DNA of 64,000 nucleotides from Flaccisagitta enflata. Lineage: Eukaryota. This document shows, piece by piece, positions 28,522-41,968 of the stretch. The first letter of the stretch is position 1. Each line of letters opens with the position of its first letter. Location of the stretch: positions 43,524,001 to 43,588,000 of the forward strand of contig OZ231126.1 of assembly GCA_965153355.1 (NCBI GenBank), in the 5' to 3' direction. The notes under the pieces were generated by a model. It was not told where the DNA came from. It saw only the letters and a list, made by a program, of their open reading frames with translations, and searched no databases. The position numbers were made by a program, and so were the translations under genes.

Positions 28522-29037
28522 CAACCATCAAAGACCAAGAAACATATTTCCTGAAAATTTTATAAAATTGGTAAGGTTCTGCTCGCTCTGCATTTCTATT
28601 GAAATCAGCGGAATTTCTATTTTTCTCCATTACTCTCTCTTTGTTTTTCCTTTTCTTTTTCTTTTCGCGTTTTTGCTTCAATATTCATCTACTTTCCAAC
28701 GATAATTTCCCGCCCTTTCATTTTTTAATCACGGGGTAGGGAACGCGGTGGCGATACAAAACGGGGAGACGTGGGTGATGGGTCGTCAGTTGATGATCAA
28801 CTGTGTCTTTCTTACTGAGCATTGTCAGCTTTGCCCTTTTACCTGAGTAATGTGGAATCGGGATTGAAATAGATTGTATGAATCTCATTTGATCAAACTT
28901 TTTTTTTCTTTCAAAAAGTTGCAGCTTTACAATCCAGTTATGCAATTGCAGTCTATAGGCAAATATGTTCTGGTGGTCAAGCATGGATGCCTATCCTCTG
29001 TACATATCACCTTAAGCTCAAAGTCCCAAGCTTCAAG

Positions 29038-29238
29038 TTTTTAGTCGCGAGTTACGCGACTCGACACCCCGCCTTGTTCATCCGTCTATTGGTCCGCTCC
29101 AACATTTTTTTTTCTTTTCAGTGTTTTCAGGTCGTTTTTGCATTACTGCTCCTGCCCTAATACATGAGTAGTCTTTTCTGTCAATGCCCCTGCCAACCCG
29201 CACGCGACATGGGTAGCCGTTTATCCGGCCTTGTTTTT
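29038..29238 (+). mobile_element. HINE-like family A element
   Basis: tttttagtcgcgagttacgcgactc ... cccgcacgcgac ... gccgtttatccggccttgtttt. Confidence 0.7.
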
Positions 29239-30255
29239 ATCCGTGAGAGTCATAGGCCAAAAAAAAAAAGAAAGAAAGAAAGGAAAGGGGTGGTTAAGAG
29301 GGCGTGCTGGTATGGATGGTATAAAGTTAAGATTCTATTGTGTTAAAGAGAAAGGAAGCGGATGGTAAAAAGGGTATATGCCAATATAGGCGGTATATAG
29401 TTTAAATTTCATTTCGTTAAAAAGAGAGACAGAGAAAATAAAAGCAGAGAACGAAATCAAATTTGCATAATTCCAACAGATGGCAACGCGCGCCTGCCTT
29501 CTTTTTCCTCTTTTCCTTTTTTTTTCGTTCTTTCTCTTCACTTTTGTCCTCTTTTTCTTCTCTCTCTTCTTTCTCTTCTTTTTCTTTCTTTCTTCCTTGT
29601 TTTTCCTCCTGTTTTCTTCCTCTTCTTTTTCTTTTTTTTTCTCCTTGTTTTTGTTGTAGTTCCTTTTTCCACGTCTCCTTCCACTTATGCATCTTTCCAC
29701 CGCCTTTTTTCATTCTTTGTTTTCTTTTTCTTCTGATAACGGTCTCTCTGTTTTCCTCGCATTGCACGTGAATTCTGTGTAGCTAACCTTGGTTATCTCT
29801 CAATACGTGCCTTTTTAATACTTTTTGGACTATCTCATAAAATAAGTGAATCTATCTTTGCTAATCTCATAATGAAAATGTCTCACACAAAAAAGGGGCG
29901 GGTGGAAACGGGAGGGGGGATTGGATAGGCGAGGTGGTTGGTTAGTACCCGGTTTATAGGGGGGTAGAGTAGGGGGTATAGGTGTGTAGGGGTGTATAGG
30001 GGCCACGATGGGGGTGGCAGAAGAGAGGAGGAGCCAAAGACCCAAAGCTGAAAGAGCAACAATCGCGAACCAATTTGGTGACTTGTTAGACGCCCTCCCA
30101 TTCATTCCTTTACTCTTCAGGTTTTCTTCGCCTTCTCTTTTGTTTTTCCCGTTTCCGGTTTTTTTTCCCTCTTCATTTTTTTCTTTTCTTGATTGTTTTT
30201 TTTTTTTTTTTTCGATTCTTGTTACCTTCTCACTGTTTCCATTCCAATTTTGTTC

Positions 30256-31407
30256 TTTTTAGATGCGTCCTCGCATCTCTATAAGAGGGTCTGTCCCTAA
30301 GTAGGTCTGGATGTCTGTCCGCAACGCGAAAATTTCAAAACGCGATTTTCAAGGTTTTCTCTTCATTTCTCTTCATGTATCTTCTTGTCTCTTATATTTC
30401 TTTTGTCTCTTTCATCTCTTTCGTCTCTTTTGTCTCTTTTGTCACTTTTGTCTCCTATATGTCTCTTATGTCTCCTATATGTCTCTTATATCTATTGTCT
30501 CTTATTTCTCTTAGGTCTCTTATGTCTCTAATGTCTCTTAGGTCTCTTAGGTCTCTTATGTCTCTTATGTCTCTTATGTCTCTTTTGTCTCCTATATGTC
30601 TCTTATGTCTCCTATGTCTCCTATATGTCTCATATGTCTCTTACGTCTCTTATGTCCCTTATGTCTCTTATATCTCTTATATCTCTTATATCTCACATCT
30701 CTTATATCTCTTATATCTCTTATGTCTCTTATATTTCTTTTATCTCTTAGGTCTCTAATGTCTCTTATGTCTCTTATGTCTCTTATGTCTCTTATGTCTC
30801 TTCATGTCTCTATATGTCTCTTATGTCTCCTCATGTTTCCTCATGTCTCTTCATGTCTTTCCATATTAGTCCATATCTCTCCAGGTCCCCTCATGTCTCT
30901 TCGTGAGGATGAGGCGGGGGGTGTGGGGAGGCGTGGGGAGGGGGGGGGGCGTGGGAGGTGGGGAGGCGGGGGAGGGGGAGGCGGGGGGAGGCGGGGAGGC
31001 GGGGGGAGGGGGTCGGCAGAGGAGGAGGAGGCAGGGAGGAGAGGCGCAGGGAGGTGGGGGGAGGAGGGAGGCGGCGGGGAGGCTGTGGGAGGTGGGAGGC
31101 GTGGGGAGGGGTGGGAGGCGGGGAGGGGTGGGAGGCGTGGGGGAGGGGTGGGTGGCGTGGGGGAGGGGAGGAGGGAGGCGAGGGGGAGGGGAGGGGGGAG
31201 GCGTAGGGGGAGGTGTGGGGGGAGGGGGGGAGGCGTGGGGGGAAGAGAGGAATCAGTTTATATTTTTCTCTTTATCTCTGATTCAGTCTGAATCTTCATA
31301 TTTTCATATTTTTATATCTTAATATCTTTATATCTTAATAATTTGTATAATTATATCTTACGTCTAAAGAGGACGCATCTATTGGACATCTCTTGGCCTT
31401 GTTTTTT
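30256..31407 (+). mobile_element. HINE-like family C element carrying a 9-bp (atgtctctt) array and a G-rich tract
   Basis: 5' tttttagatgcgtcctcgcatctctataagagg; 3' subterminal gaggacgcatct then ttggccttgttttt; internal arrays ~30460-30900 and ~30905-31245. Confidence 0.7.
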
Positions 31408-31983
31408 ACCAATTGGAAGATTAAATCCTTGTGTGTTTTTATTTTCAAGTTCCCATGGTCTTGTAAAACAACTTTATACTTGGCTTCTACCTCAGTTCTG
31501 TTTCAGCTCACGCAAAAATCAGTACCTAGGAATTTTTGCCAACAATTCAGTCATGATAACTGTTATTCATCACCATTAGATCATTCCCTTCAAGATTCTA
31601 CAACCCGTATCCTCTTCTTCTTCTTCTTCTTCTTCTTCTTCTTCTTCTTCTTCTTCTTCTTCTTCTTCTTCTTCTTCTTCTTCTTCTTTTCTCTTTTTAA
31701 CCATCTCTTCCAGTTTTATCCACTTCCCCACCCTCCCTTCATTAGGGCTTCGGTTGACAAGGAGATTATTTCGACACCATTTTATTCCTCCATTTTTTGT
31801 AGGGGGACTCTTTCGGCTTAGTCTTTTTTTCTTCCTTTCTTTTTGCGTCTTGTCAGTGTTTTGTCTCGTTATTTCTTTTTTCCCTGTTTTTTTCACTTTC
31901 TATTTTGGTTTCGTGTTTGTTGCTCTATTGTTCGTTCTTTATTGTCGGTTTTCCCCTCATCCCGTTCCCAAACTATCCTCCGC

Positions 31984-32701
31984 TTTTTGGGCAGCGGCCC
32001 CAAAGGGGACGAAGTCCTGTAGAACACAAGGGGACTTTTGTTCGTCCTTCCGTCCGTTCGTCCCCCCCCAGGCCCCTCAGACCTGAAATCTGCCCTCTCA
32101 GGCCTGAAATCTGCCCTCTCAAGCCCTAAATCTGCCCTCTCAGGCCTGAAATCTGCCCAATCAGGCCGAAATCTGCCCAATTAGGCCTGAAATCTGCCTT
32201 CTCAGGCCTGAAATCTGCCCTCTCAGGCCTGAAATCTGCCCTCTCAGATTCAAAGCCTGAGAGGGCAGATTTCAAACTTCTCAGGCCTGAAATCTATCCT
32301 CTCAGGCCTGAAATCTGCCCTCTTAGGCCTGAAATCTGCCCTCTCAGGTCTGAAATCTGCCCTTTCTGGCCTGAAATCTGCTCTCTCTGGCCTGAAATCT
32401 GCCCTTTCAGGCCTGAAATCTGCCCTCTCAGGCCTGAAATCTGCCCTCTCAGATTCAAAGCCTGAGAGGGCAGATTTCAAACTTGAGAGGGTAGATTTCA
32501 GGCCTGAAAGGGCAGATTTTAGGCCTGAGATAGCCTAGGGGGGACGGATTGACAGACGGACAAACAAAAGTCCCCCTGTGTTCTACAGGACTTCGTCCTC
32601 TTCGGGGCCGCTGCCCTGCTTCCTCTTACTCCCATACAAAATCATGCAAAGCAGGGCAACGGGTATCGCTGACCACATATTGCCCTTGGGCGACCTGTTT
32701 T
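31984..32701 (+). mobile_element. HINE-like family B element with a 21-bp minisatellite core
   Basis: ~55-bp inverted repeats (gggcagcggccccaaaggggacgaagtcctgtagaacac / gtgttctacaggacttcgtcc..ggggccgctgccc), internal aggcctgaaatctgccctctc array, unpaired 3' tail with gcccttgggc hairpin. Confidence 0.75.
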
Positions 32702-33253
32702 ATTCTTTCTTGGCGAAATAACCCCTTATTTGTGGCCTCAATTTGTCGGGGTTTTCTTGTTTATATCATCTTTATTTTTGTTATTATTATCTATCCCTGT
32801 TTAAACACTTTTTCCTTTTCTTACATAACCGACCAACATTTCATTAGTGGCTACTTAACCATCTGAAAGTTTGACCACCGGCTTCGACCAGAGTAATGAG
32901 TTTGTTACAAATTTGCTCACATTTACAATCTGTAAATCTGTAATACCTCCTACATTTCTTTGCATCTTACTTCAGCCTCGTCGTCGATCCCTAACTGCAG
33001 ATGATTTCACGAGCAACAGATCTTACTTATCACTGCACTTGTCCTCACTGCACATAAGCCGCTCTTTTACCGGGCGTCTCAGTCGGCGCTTCGAATCCCT
33101 TGTCCTAATTTCTTCCACTCTTTGTATTTTCTTTTCTTCTTCTCCTTCTTCTTTTCGCCATAAATGGGAATAAACTCCTGAGAGCCATTCATTTCTTCCT
33201 CTTCAAATTGGTTCCATTAGCATTCCTTCCTTTCCCGGCTGCTCTCCACCAGT

Positions 33254-33294
<41 letters not shown>

Positions 33295-33374
33295 CCCCAA
33301 AATTGCAAAAACTATCTGGTTTCAAGACCACCTTCACAACCAACGTACCAAATGCCATTTAAATGGGAGAATCT

Positions 33375-33597
33375 AGGTCCAAATCTGGACACGCAACTCT
33401 GAAAAAGGCTTTTTCGGTCCCTCGGTCCGTCCATGGCGATCAAGTTGAAAAATGTGAAAACGTGTATCTATGAAGCTGCATTTATGATTGTCTGTGTGTG
33501 CGGGTAAGCATGGAGTAAGGGAGGGTATGGAAGGGGGTTGTATGCCCCTGCCCACCCGTCGGCAACTATATTGTGACCCTGTGTAACTTGTTTCTTT
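33375..33597 (+). mobile_element. Degenerate HINE-like family A variant
   Basis: ggacacgcaactct, ggtccgtcc tract, gcccctgcccacccgtc..atattgtgaccc..aacttgttt 3' end shared with copies at 39461 and 54873. Confidence 0.55.
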
Positions 33598-33743
33598 TTA
33601 TTTGAGAAATGAGGGCTTCTGAAAGATGTAGCAAAAAAAAAAAAGGAACTGAAATGCAACAATTAACATTCTTTTTACTTTTTTTAATACGAAATGAAAC
33701 GAATGTCAGATGTTAAGATCAGTTAAAGAATTGTTTCCTGTCG

Positions 33744-33744
33744 C

Positions 33745-33812
<68 letters not shown>

Positions 33813-34051
33813 TTCTTTTCTTTTTCTTTTCTTCTTCTTCTTTTCTTCTTTTTCTTCTTCTTCTTCTTCTTCTTCTTCTTTTCTTTTCTTTTTCTTTTCT
33901 TTTCTTTTCTTCTTCTTTTTCTTTTTCTTTTTCTTCTTTTCTTCTTCTTTTTCTTTTTTTTCTTTTTCTTTTTTTTTTTTTCTTTTTTTTTCTTCTTCTT
34001 CTTCTTCTTCTTCTTCTTCTTCTTTTTCTTTTTCTTTTTCTTTCTTCTTCT

Positions 34052-34086
<35 letters not shown>

Positions 34087-34090
34087 TTCT
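33744..34090 (+). repeat. Compound (GTT)n / (TTC)n low-complexity tract
   Basis: Visible in sequence. Confidence 0.9.
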
Positions 34091-34720
34091 CCATCTTTCG
34101 TTGTCGTTGCTTGGAAATCTTTTCTTGTCATTTTTGCTCTAAGACAGTATCACCGCCCTTTTTTTCAACGTCCTTAATGTAAAACATTTTCCTTCATAAC
34201 ATAAAACATTCTGTCTCTTTTTTCCCCATGGCATCTCCTCTAAATCGATTACGTCAAAATGGCAGCCAAAATTGCTTCTTTTTTTTCTCTCTCTCTCTTT
34301 TCTTTTCCTTTTCTTTTCCTTTTCTTTTCCTTTTCTCTTCTTTTTTTGGCACCGGCTCTTTCAAAAAAAGCGTGACAAACAACAAACAACTTTTTTCTTC
34401 TCCTTGTCGCCTTTCACTTCACCTTAATCCTGCATAAGAAATGTAGGCACCCTCCAACCGCCCCCCCTCCTCGGCTCCTCCCCCTCCTCTCTTCCTTATA
34501 TAAAACCATTTATACCCTCACCACCAAAAAACCTGTACATTCCATCCACTGCTCCCACCCCCGCTCCCTCCAAAGTTACTTTACTTCCCCCTTTCTTTTT
34601 CACTCCGCCGTAAGGCTCTTATCTTAGCCTCGAGTTATCAGTCGAAGCTATATGTCATTGGTACCTTTGGATCCGCTTTCCCTTCTCACCATCATTATCC
34701 ATCACATCCCCAAATACTTG

Positions 34721-34915
34721 AAACAAGGCCGGATTCACGGCTACCCCAGTCGCGCGCGGGTGGGCAGGGGCCTTATTTTAGGTCACTTGATCATTTGGGC
34801 AGGAGCATTGAGGCCAAAGACCACAAAAATCCTAAAAAAGTAAAGTGTGACTGAGGGACGGACGGACGGACCGACCGACGAAGTGGGGTGTAGAGTCGCG
34901 TAGCACGCGCCAAAA
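34721..34915 (-). mobile_element. HINE-like family A element about 75 bp upstream of a plexin exon
   Basis: High similarity to 1403-1619 (aaacaaggccggat.cacggctaccccagtcgcg...tagagtcgcgtagcacgcg). Confidence 0.75.
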
Positions 34916-34989
34916 TAAGGGGTATCGGATACCGCTCATCCTCTATAACGCTTTTGCAATCATTTTCTCTCTACTTTCTCAATCAACAG

Positions 34990-35179
34990 CGTGACGGTCT
35001 TTCTTCAAACAACTACGTCACTCGTCTAGTCCGCGTTTGCCAGTCGGATGAGGAGTATTCTTCGTACACGGAATTGCGGCTTTCCTGCACAAATTCAGGC
35101 ACCAATTACAACATTCTTCAAGCGGCGCATTTCGGGAAAGCCGGCCAGGACTTGGCATCCTCGCTAAGAATTGATTCAA
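34990..35179 (+). CDS. PlexA: Plexin-A-like exon (Sema): RDGLSSNNYVTRLVRVCQSDEEYSSYTELRLSCTNSGTNYNILQAAHFGKAGQDLASSLRIDS
   Basis: Acceptor tctcaatcaacag|, donor |gtatgt; 190 nt, phase 0 to 1; RLVRVC..D..Y.SYTE..L.C plexin motif. Confidence 0.95.
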
Positions 35180-35514
35180 GTATGTGTCTGGATGTCTGTC
35201 CGCCCGTCTGCCTGACTGTGTTTGTCTATTTGTGAGATTCTGCTTGTCCGTGTCTACTTGTTATCTGTCTCTCCAACGGTCTGTCAGTGTGTCTGATTGT
35301 CTGTCTGTCCGTATGTCTCTTATACGTGTAAGCAGTAATGAACAATTTCCTTGATTTGCCTAAGTGACGAAAAGGGACTAGTTTGAATTAAGGGCAATAC
35401 ACCGCGATCCTAATTCATCCTCATCACCGTCCTTTGTCCAACCCCCGCCCTCCCCCTCTCCCCAACACTCTTCCCCTCTGCCCTCAACATATCCCCATCA
35501 TATCCATCCTCCAG

Positions 35515-35704
35515 ATTCGAACAATGACGTTCTTTTCGGCGTTTTTTCCATGGGTCAGTCCGATCCTTACAACGACATTCCTACGTCCAAATCAGCCGTC
35601 TGCGTTTATTCTATGAAAGCCATCAGACGAGCCTTCAGAAATGGCATCAAAAAGTGCTTCGAGGGCAACGGAATATCCGGCATCGACTTTAACAGACCCA
35701 CCAT
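35515..35704 (+). CDS. PlexA: Plexin-A-like exon (Sema): (N)SNNDVLFGVFSMGQSDPYNDIPTSKSAVCVYSMKAIRRAFRNGIKKCFEGNGISGIDFNRPT(M)
   Basis: Acceptor catcctccag|, donor |gtaaat; 190 nt, phase 1 to 2; DVLF.VFS and SA.C.YS...I......I..CF.G.G motifs. Confidence 0.93.
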
Positions 35705-35721
35705 GTAAATCGAAAGAGAGA

Positions 35722-35970
<249 letters not shown>

Positions 35971-36854
35971 TCTAGTATTTTGGTTGTTCTAGTCTCATCA
36001 CGAGGGGAGGGGGAGGTGGAAGGGAAAAAATGTAAGTTCGAGGCTTCACTGCAGTGCATTGCGTCTTGAATTTGTCAATTTACTTGCACTTGATCAGTAT
36101 CGATTTTCTTCTCCTCTGATGCGAGCGGCTATGAAAGAGTTTGAAAATACCAAGAAGAAATGAATAAATGAATGAATATGAGATTTCTGCCAAGAAGTGA
36201 AAGCCATTAGAAAAGAAAAACTTGGACGTATCTATCTCTTATGGCCACTCTATCTCACAGTTTGAATATCAAAGAATGAGAATGAGAAGGTTGAATTATG
36301 CACTCATAATCTGACAAGGATGTCGTTTAAATTGATACGTGTCTGTTAACTTTTACCATGGTTCCATCTTCTTTCAACATCTTCGTCTTTCACTTTTTTT
36401 TCCTTCTTCCTTTAGCCTCATCCTTTATTCTTTTTTTTTTTTCTTTTTGATTCTTCCCTGCTTTTCACTTCTTTTCCACTCACTTCTGCTTCATCAGCCT
36501 TTCCTGCGTCTTCCTCTCGTTCTTATTCATTCTAATGTCCTTCATCTTCCTCCGTCTTAACGTCTTATTTACCTTCTTCCATTCCATCCTCATTCTTCTT
36601 CTTCCTCTTTTTTTTTTTTTCTTCTTCTTCTTCTTCTTCTTCTTCTTCTTCTTCTTCTTCTTCTTCTTCTTCTTCTTCTTCTTCTTCTTCTTCTTCTTCT
36701 TCTTCTACAACTGGTTCTTCTACAACTGGTTCTACAACTGGTTCTACAACTGGTTCTTCTACAACTTGTTCTTCTACTACTTGTTCGTCTACATCTTACT
36801 CAATCATTCTTTGTCTTCCATTGACTCTGATATTGTCTCCTATTGTCCCTTCAG

Positions 36855-37033
36855 GCCTTGCATTCCGATGAACGTTGAGATTAACGACGCATTTTGCGGG
36901 GAAGAAGCCGGCATCAACTCTCCATTGGGCATCAACGAGCCTCTCGTCGAAACTGCCGCCATTTCCTATCAAGATGTCAACTTAACTTCCATCATCTCCT
37001 CAACTTCCGGAATCTACACCACCGTCTTTCTCG
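36855..37033 (+). CDS. PlexA: Plexin-A-like exon (Sema): PCIPMNVEINDAFCGEEAGINSPLGINEPLVETAAISYQDVNLTSIISSTSGIYTTVFL(G)
   Basis: Acceptor gtcccttcag|, donor |gtttgt; 179 nt, phase 2 to 1; FCG...N.PLG and TVFLG motifs. Confidence 0.93.
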
Positions 37034-37699
37034 GTTTGTGAATATTCACCTTGGTTCGCTTGACTCATCTATGAGCGTGTAAATTCTCCGAGTTTGTTGA
37101 TATCGTACATGACAGTCTATTCGTGTTTTGCATGTCTTCTCAAAACCTGCGTAAGTGTGAGTGCTTGCCAGCGAGCAGCTTGCGTCCAGCTGTCGTCTAT
37201 GACCCCTTCCCTCGCGAACTATCAATAGTCTTCCTCTCATTCTCTCTTTTTGGAGACGTCCTCGAAACTCTAAAATGAGCTGTGTCAGTTGGTCAGTTGG
37301 TCGGTCTGTCTGTCTGTCTGTTGGTAACGCATTCATGAAAATCATAGTCTTGTAATTCTTTTTTTTTTTTTCAACCAAAAAATGGTCTCAGCCCAGTATA
37401 TTCTTAAATGACATTCATTCGTAAAAAACATTTGATAAATGATTTATTTAAAAATTTCAAAAGAAAAAAAAATTACTTGTCCTTGTTGTTCGACCCTTTG
37501 CTATGAATTTTTAGGATTTATTTTCGTCTCTGTTATCCCAGTTAGGTTAAGCTGTTTGACTTTTAGTTTTACAAGCTGATTTTTGCTACATAAGTACTTC
37601 CCATTATTTTCCATTGCGGTCATTTTTCCAACTGTCCATCCTAACTTGCCTGTATCGCTTTTGATGCGTCCATTTCTATCCGTTGTATCTCGGCCACAG

Positions 37700-37835
37700 T
37701 TTTTAGTCGCGGACACGCGACTCTATAAGCCACTTTTCGGTCCTTCGGTCCGACGGTCACAAAGGGTTTTTTTTTAGGTTTTCCACTCCTGCCCACCTGT
37801 CCGCGACTAATGCTGCCGTGAATACGACCTTGTTT
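37700..37835 (+). mobile_element. Short HINE-like family A element
   Basis: tttttagtcgcggacacgcgactctat ... tccgcgact ... gccgtgaatacgaccttgttt. Confidence 0.65.
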
Positions 37836-38229
37836 AACTTGCGTCCATCCATTTTAATTTTCTCTTTAAAGATATTAATAGTTTGACTGTCCTTTAAAAT
37901 CACCCGACATATTTTACCATAATTATTTTTTCTGCGTATCCGTTTGTCTGTTTGTGTAACTGCAGTAGACCGCTGTTTGAATTCATTTGTGTGATATTGA
38001 TGTTTTATTTCGCCTGCGTCCGCTAGTCCGTTAGTCTGTTTTTCCCTCTTTGTGATCTTGATGCATTTTCTGCGTGCGTCCATCCATTTAAGAGATTTGG
38101 TTCCTTCGTCAACCAGAAAAACGAATCGTCGAACATATTTTCCCCCGGAACATGTCAACCAAAGCTAGTTCTTTTCTTTCTTTTTTCTCTCTGCAGATCT
38201 GCCTCTCTCTTTCTCTCTGTCGTCTTTCC

Positions 38230-38355
38230 TTTTAAGGTGCGACAAAGCACCTCTATAACTGGCTGTGTCCGTTGGTCTGTCTGTCTGTCTGTCGGGTAAC
38301 GCATTCGTTCGACGATCCACACGTCGCACCTTATTGGCCTACTTGGCCTTGTTTC
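38230..38355 (+). mobile_element. Minimal (~125 bp) HINE-like element
   Basis: ttttaaggtgcgac..gcacct 5' hairpin, (tgtc)n, subterminal gtcgcacctt, ggcctacttggcc stem-loop, ttgttt. Confidence 0.7.
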
Positions 38356-38453
38356 TTTCTTTTTTGTTTTTCTTTCTTTTTGCCTTTCTTTCTTTTTTGC
38401 CTTTCTTTCTTTTCTCTCTGTCTTTCTTTCTTTCTTTCTTTCTTTCTATCTTC

Positions 38454-38520
<67 letters not shown>

Positions 38521-38630
38521 TATTGCTTTCTTTCTTTCTTTCTTTTTTTCTTTCTTTTTTTTTCTTTCTTCTTTTCTTTCTTTCTCTCTTTTTTTTTCTC
38601 TTTTTTTTCTTTCTTTCCTTTTTCTTCCCT

Positions 38631-39067
38631 TTTTGGGCAGCGGCCCCGAAGGGGTCGATGACCTATGCTTTCACACATATGGGGATTTTTCTCCTCCTAT
38701 TTCTTCTCCTTCTCTTCCTCCTCTTCCTCCTTCGTACCCCCCCTCTCCCAGCCTTGAGGCCCATATCCCAGCCTTGAGGCCCAAATCCCAGTTTTGAGGC
38801 CCAAATCCCAACCTCAGCCTCTAGGGATTAGGGCCTCAAGACTGGGATTCGGGCCTCGAGGCTGGGATATGGGCCTTGATACTAAAACATGGGCCTTGAG
38901 GCTGGGAGAGGGGGGGGTGCGGAGGAGGAGAAGGAGGAGAAGGAGGAGAAAAAGCATAGGTCATCGACCCCTTTGGTGCCGCTGCCCTGTTCCCCCTCAA
39001 CTTCTTCCACAACCTACTTAAGCAGGACATGGGTACCGCTGACCATCTAACGTTTTTGCGACTATTT
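38631..39067 (+). mobile_element. HINE-like family B element with 21-bp gaggcccaaatcccagcctt repeats
   Basis: gggcagcggccccgaaggggtcgatgacctatgcttt / aaagcataggtcatcgacccctttggtgccgctgccc inverted repeats; tail gggtaccgctgaccatc. Confidence 0.72.
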
Positions 39068-39096
39068 CTTTATCCATTTCATTTCTTTCTTGCCTG

Positions 39097-39242
39097 TTTT
39101 TAGTCGCGGACACGTGACTCTACACCTTGCCGTGTCGGTCGGTCGGTAGGTTACGAACTTTTTTGAATTCCGAGCGATTATTGCATTATGGCCCCTGCCC
39201 AATCGTCCGCGACTGTCTTGCCGTGTATCCGGCCTTGTTTTT
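39097..39242 (+). mobile_element. Short HINE-like family A element
   Basis: tttttagtcgcggacacgtgactctac ... tccgcgact ... gccgtgtatccggccttgttt. Confidence 0.7.
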
Positions 39243-39460
39243 CTGGCTTTTCTTTCCTACTCCCTCTCTCGCCTCGTTCATGGCTTCATATCCCTAACAT
39301 TTCCCCACACTTTTCCCTACCCTTTTATATTACATTTCCCCACTCTTTTATATCATTGTTGCAGTATCTTTTTTTTTTTTTGGTCTATTTTCTTCCTTCT
39401 TTGGATGTTTAAAACCTCGTTCTCTCTCTGCCGTGGATTTTTCCCCGTCTTCTCTCACCT

Positions 39461-39670
39461 TTTAAGTAGCGGGCACTAAAATCTATAAGATGCTTTTCCC
39501 GTCCGTCCGTCCGTCCGTCCGTCCGTCCGTCCGTGTAGGTAGAAATGAAAAGTGTAAAAACGCGCATTTCAAATACTGAAGCTGAGTTTCTCTGTGTGGG
39601 GTGAGGGAGGGTGTAGAAAGGGGTTGCACGCCCCTGCCCGACGATATTGTGATCCCGCGTCACTAGGTTT
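39461..39670 (+). mobile_element. Degenerate HINE-like family A variant with (CCGT)n
   Basis: (ccgt)n at ~39499-39534; 3' gcccctgcccgacgatattgtgatcccgcgtcact. Confidence 0.55.
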
Positions 39671-40696
39671 CCTACCATTCTTATCCTTAAATTTCGTGGC
39701 TACAGTATAAAGCTTTTTCCGCCCTCGCTTTTATTTGCCATCCAGTGCGAAAATAATTGATGAAACTGAGAATTTGGTCAGGCCGATGCTCATTCGTCCT
39801 AGTCTAGGCCAATTGGCCGATAATTCTTCTGGCTGCATTCGGAACTCTCTAGGCTAAAAAGAGTGGTGATTCGTATCAGTTGCTCAGCAAGGCAAAGCGA
39901 AGCAAAGCACCGATGTTGTTTGTTCCAGTTACACACACTCAATCCGTTGTGGTTATAATGAAACGCCAGTTTTGGACCAGGGAAAAGAGGATAATCTAAA
40001 AGGATAATCTAAGAATGACTAAGTACATACATGTATGTTGTATGGGTTTAATTCATTTGGTCATTCCTGTAAATATATATTCATTGCCATTGGCGCAATC
40101 TGCAGGAGTAAATACGTACAAAAACTGTCGGGTCCCTGTATAGTACCCCTGATGTGTGGATGCTCAGACCCAAATGATTGTATCGATCTTTTACAGTTTT
40201 ATTGAGTCTTGCTCTCGCATTGTGAGACAGTCTGTGATGCTGCCATCATGCCGGATGTACACAATCAAGATCCACACATTTATCGAAGTCCTGATGGTCC
40301 ACTAAATAGTACAGCTTTCAGGTTTACTTTTAGGTAATGTTATAAGTTATTCTATAACAATGATGAAACAGCAGCTGTAGTTTTGCCATTCGTCCCAGTG
40401 ACATGTTAATAAAAGAACCCAGTTAGCAAAGATGTCAGTAGTCCTGGTTTTGATTGATTGGGGATACATATACGTGAAGTGGCCACTTGTTTCAGTGGGT
40501 TCCATATGTCCATTAACGCTGCGTCTAAACATTCTCTCCATGCACTATAAATAAAGCGTTAGGCCAAGCCAACCCGGATCTTGTTGGACTCGACTATGTT
40601 CGTAATCCCATGCGTCCTTATTTGATTGACGTTGTTTGCTGCCGCACTTGCAGCGGCTTCACTTTCCTTTGTTTCTCTATTTTCACTTTCTCTTTC

Positions 40697-41385
<689 letters not shown>

Positions 41386-41968
41386 TCACTCACAGTTTCT
41401 TCTAATTTTCTGCATCTAATTTTAGCCTTTCTCCTGAGGACTTTCATTGTTCTCCTTTTCCTTTTATTGCTCTTTTTCTCTTCAAGTTATCCTTGCCTCC
41501 TTCCTCTTCTCCTTCCTCTTCTCCTTCCTCTTCTCCTTAATCTTGCTCTTCTTTTTCTTTTCTTTCTCTATTTTTTTCTCCTTCTCTTTTTTTTTCGTTC
41601 TTTTTTCCTTTCCTTTTTTTTTCTCGTTTATTTTATAGTTCTTCGTCTTCATGATCGTCTTCATGTTTTTTTTCTTATTCTTCTTCGTCTTCATCGTCTT
41701 CCTCTTTTTGCTCTTTCTTCTCGTTATTTTTTTTACATCTTCTCCTTCTTCTTCTTCTTCTTCTTCTTCTTCTTCTTCTTCTTCTTCTTCTTCTTCTTCT
41801 TCTTCTTCTTCTTCTTCTTCTTCTTCTTCTTCTTTTTTTTCTTCTTCTTCTTCTGCCCTCTTCAGCCTCTACTCTTTTCTATCACATGCCCCCACCCCCC
41901 AAATCGCACCATCTTGACTACTCATCATTATCTCTCCCCCCCCTCTCCACCATGTACATTATCACCAG

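Noticed and set aside
30375..31322. Overlapping SLM-repeat and Gly/Arg-rich ORFs
   Set aside because: Translations of the 9-bp array and G-rich tract inside a repeat element; no splice or domain support.
31893..32480. ORFs with repeated RPERADF heptapeptide
   Set aside because: Product of the 21-bp minisatellite within a family B element.
39700..40560. Possible transposase remnant in complex sequence
   Set aside because: No recognisable motif, ORF or paired termini.
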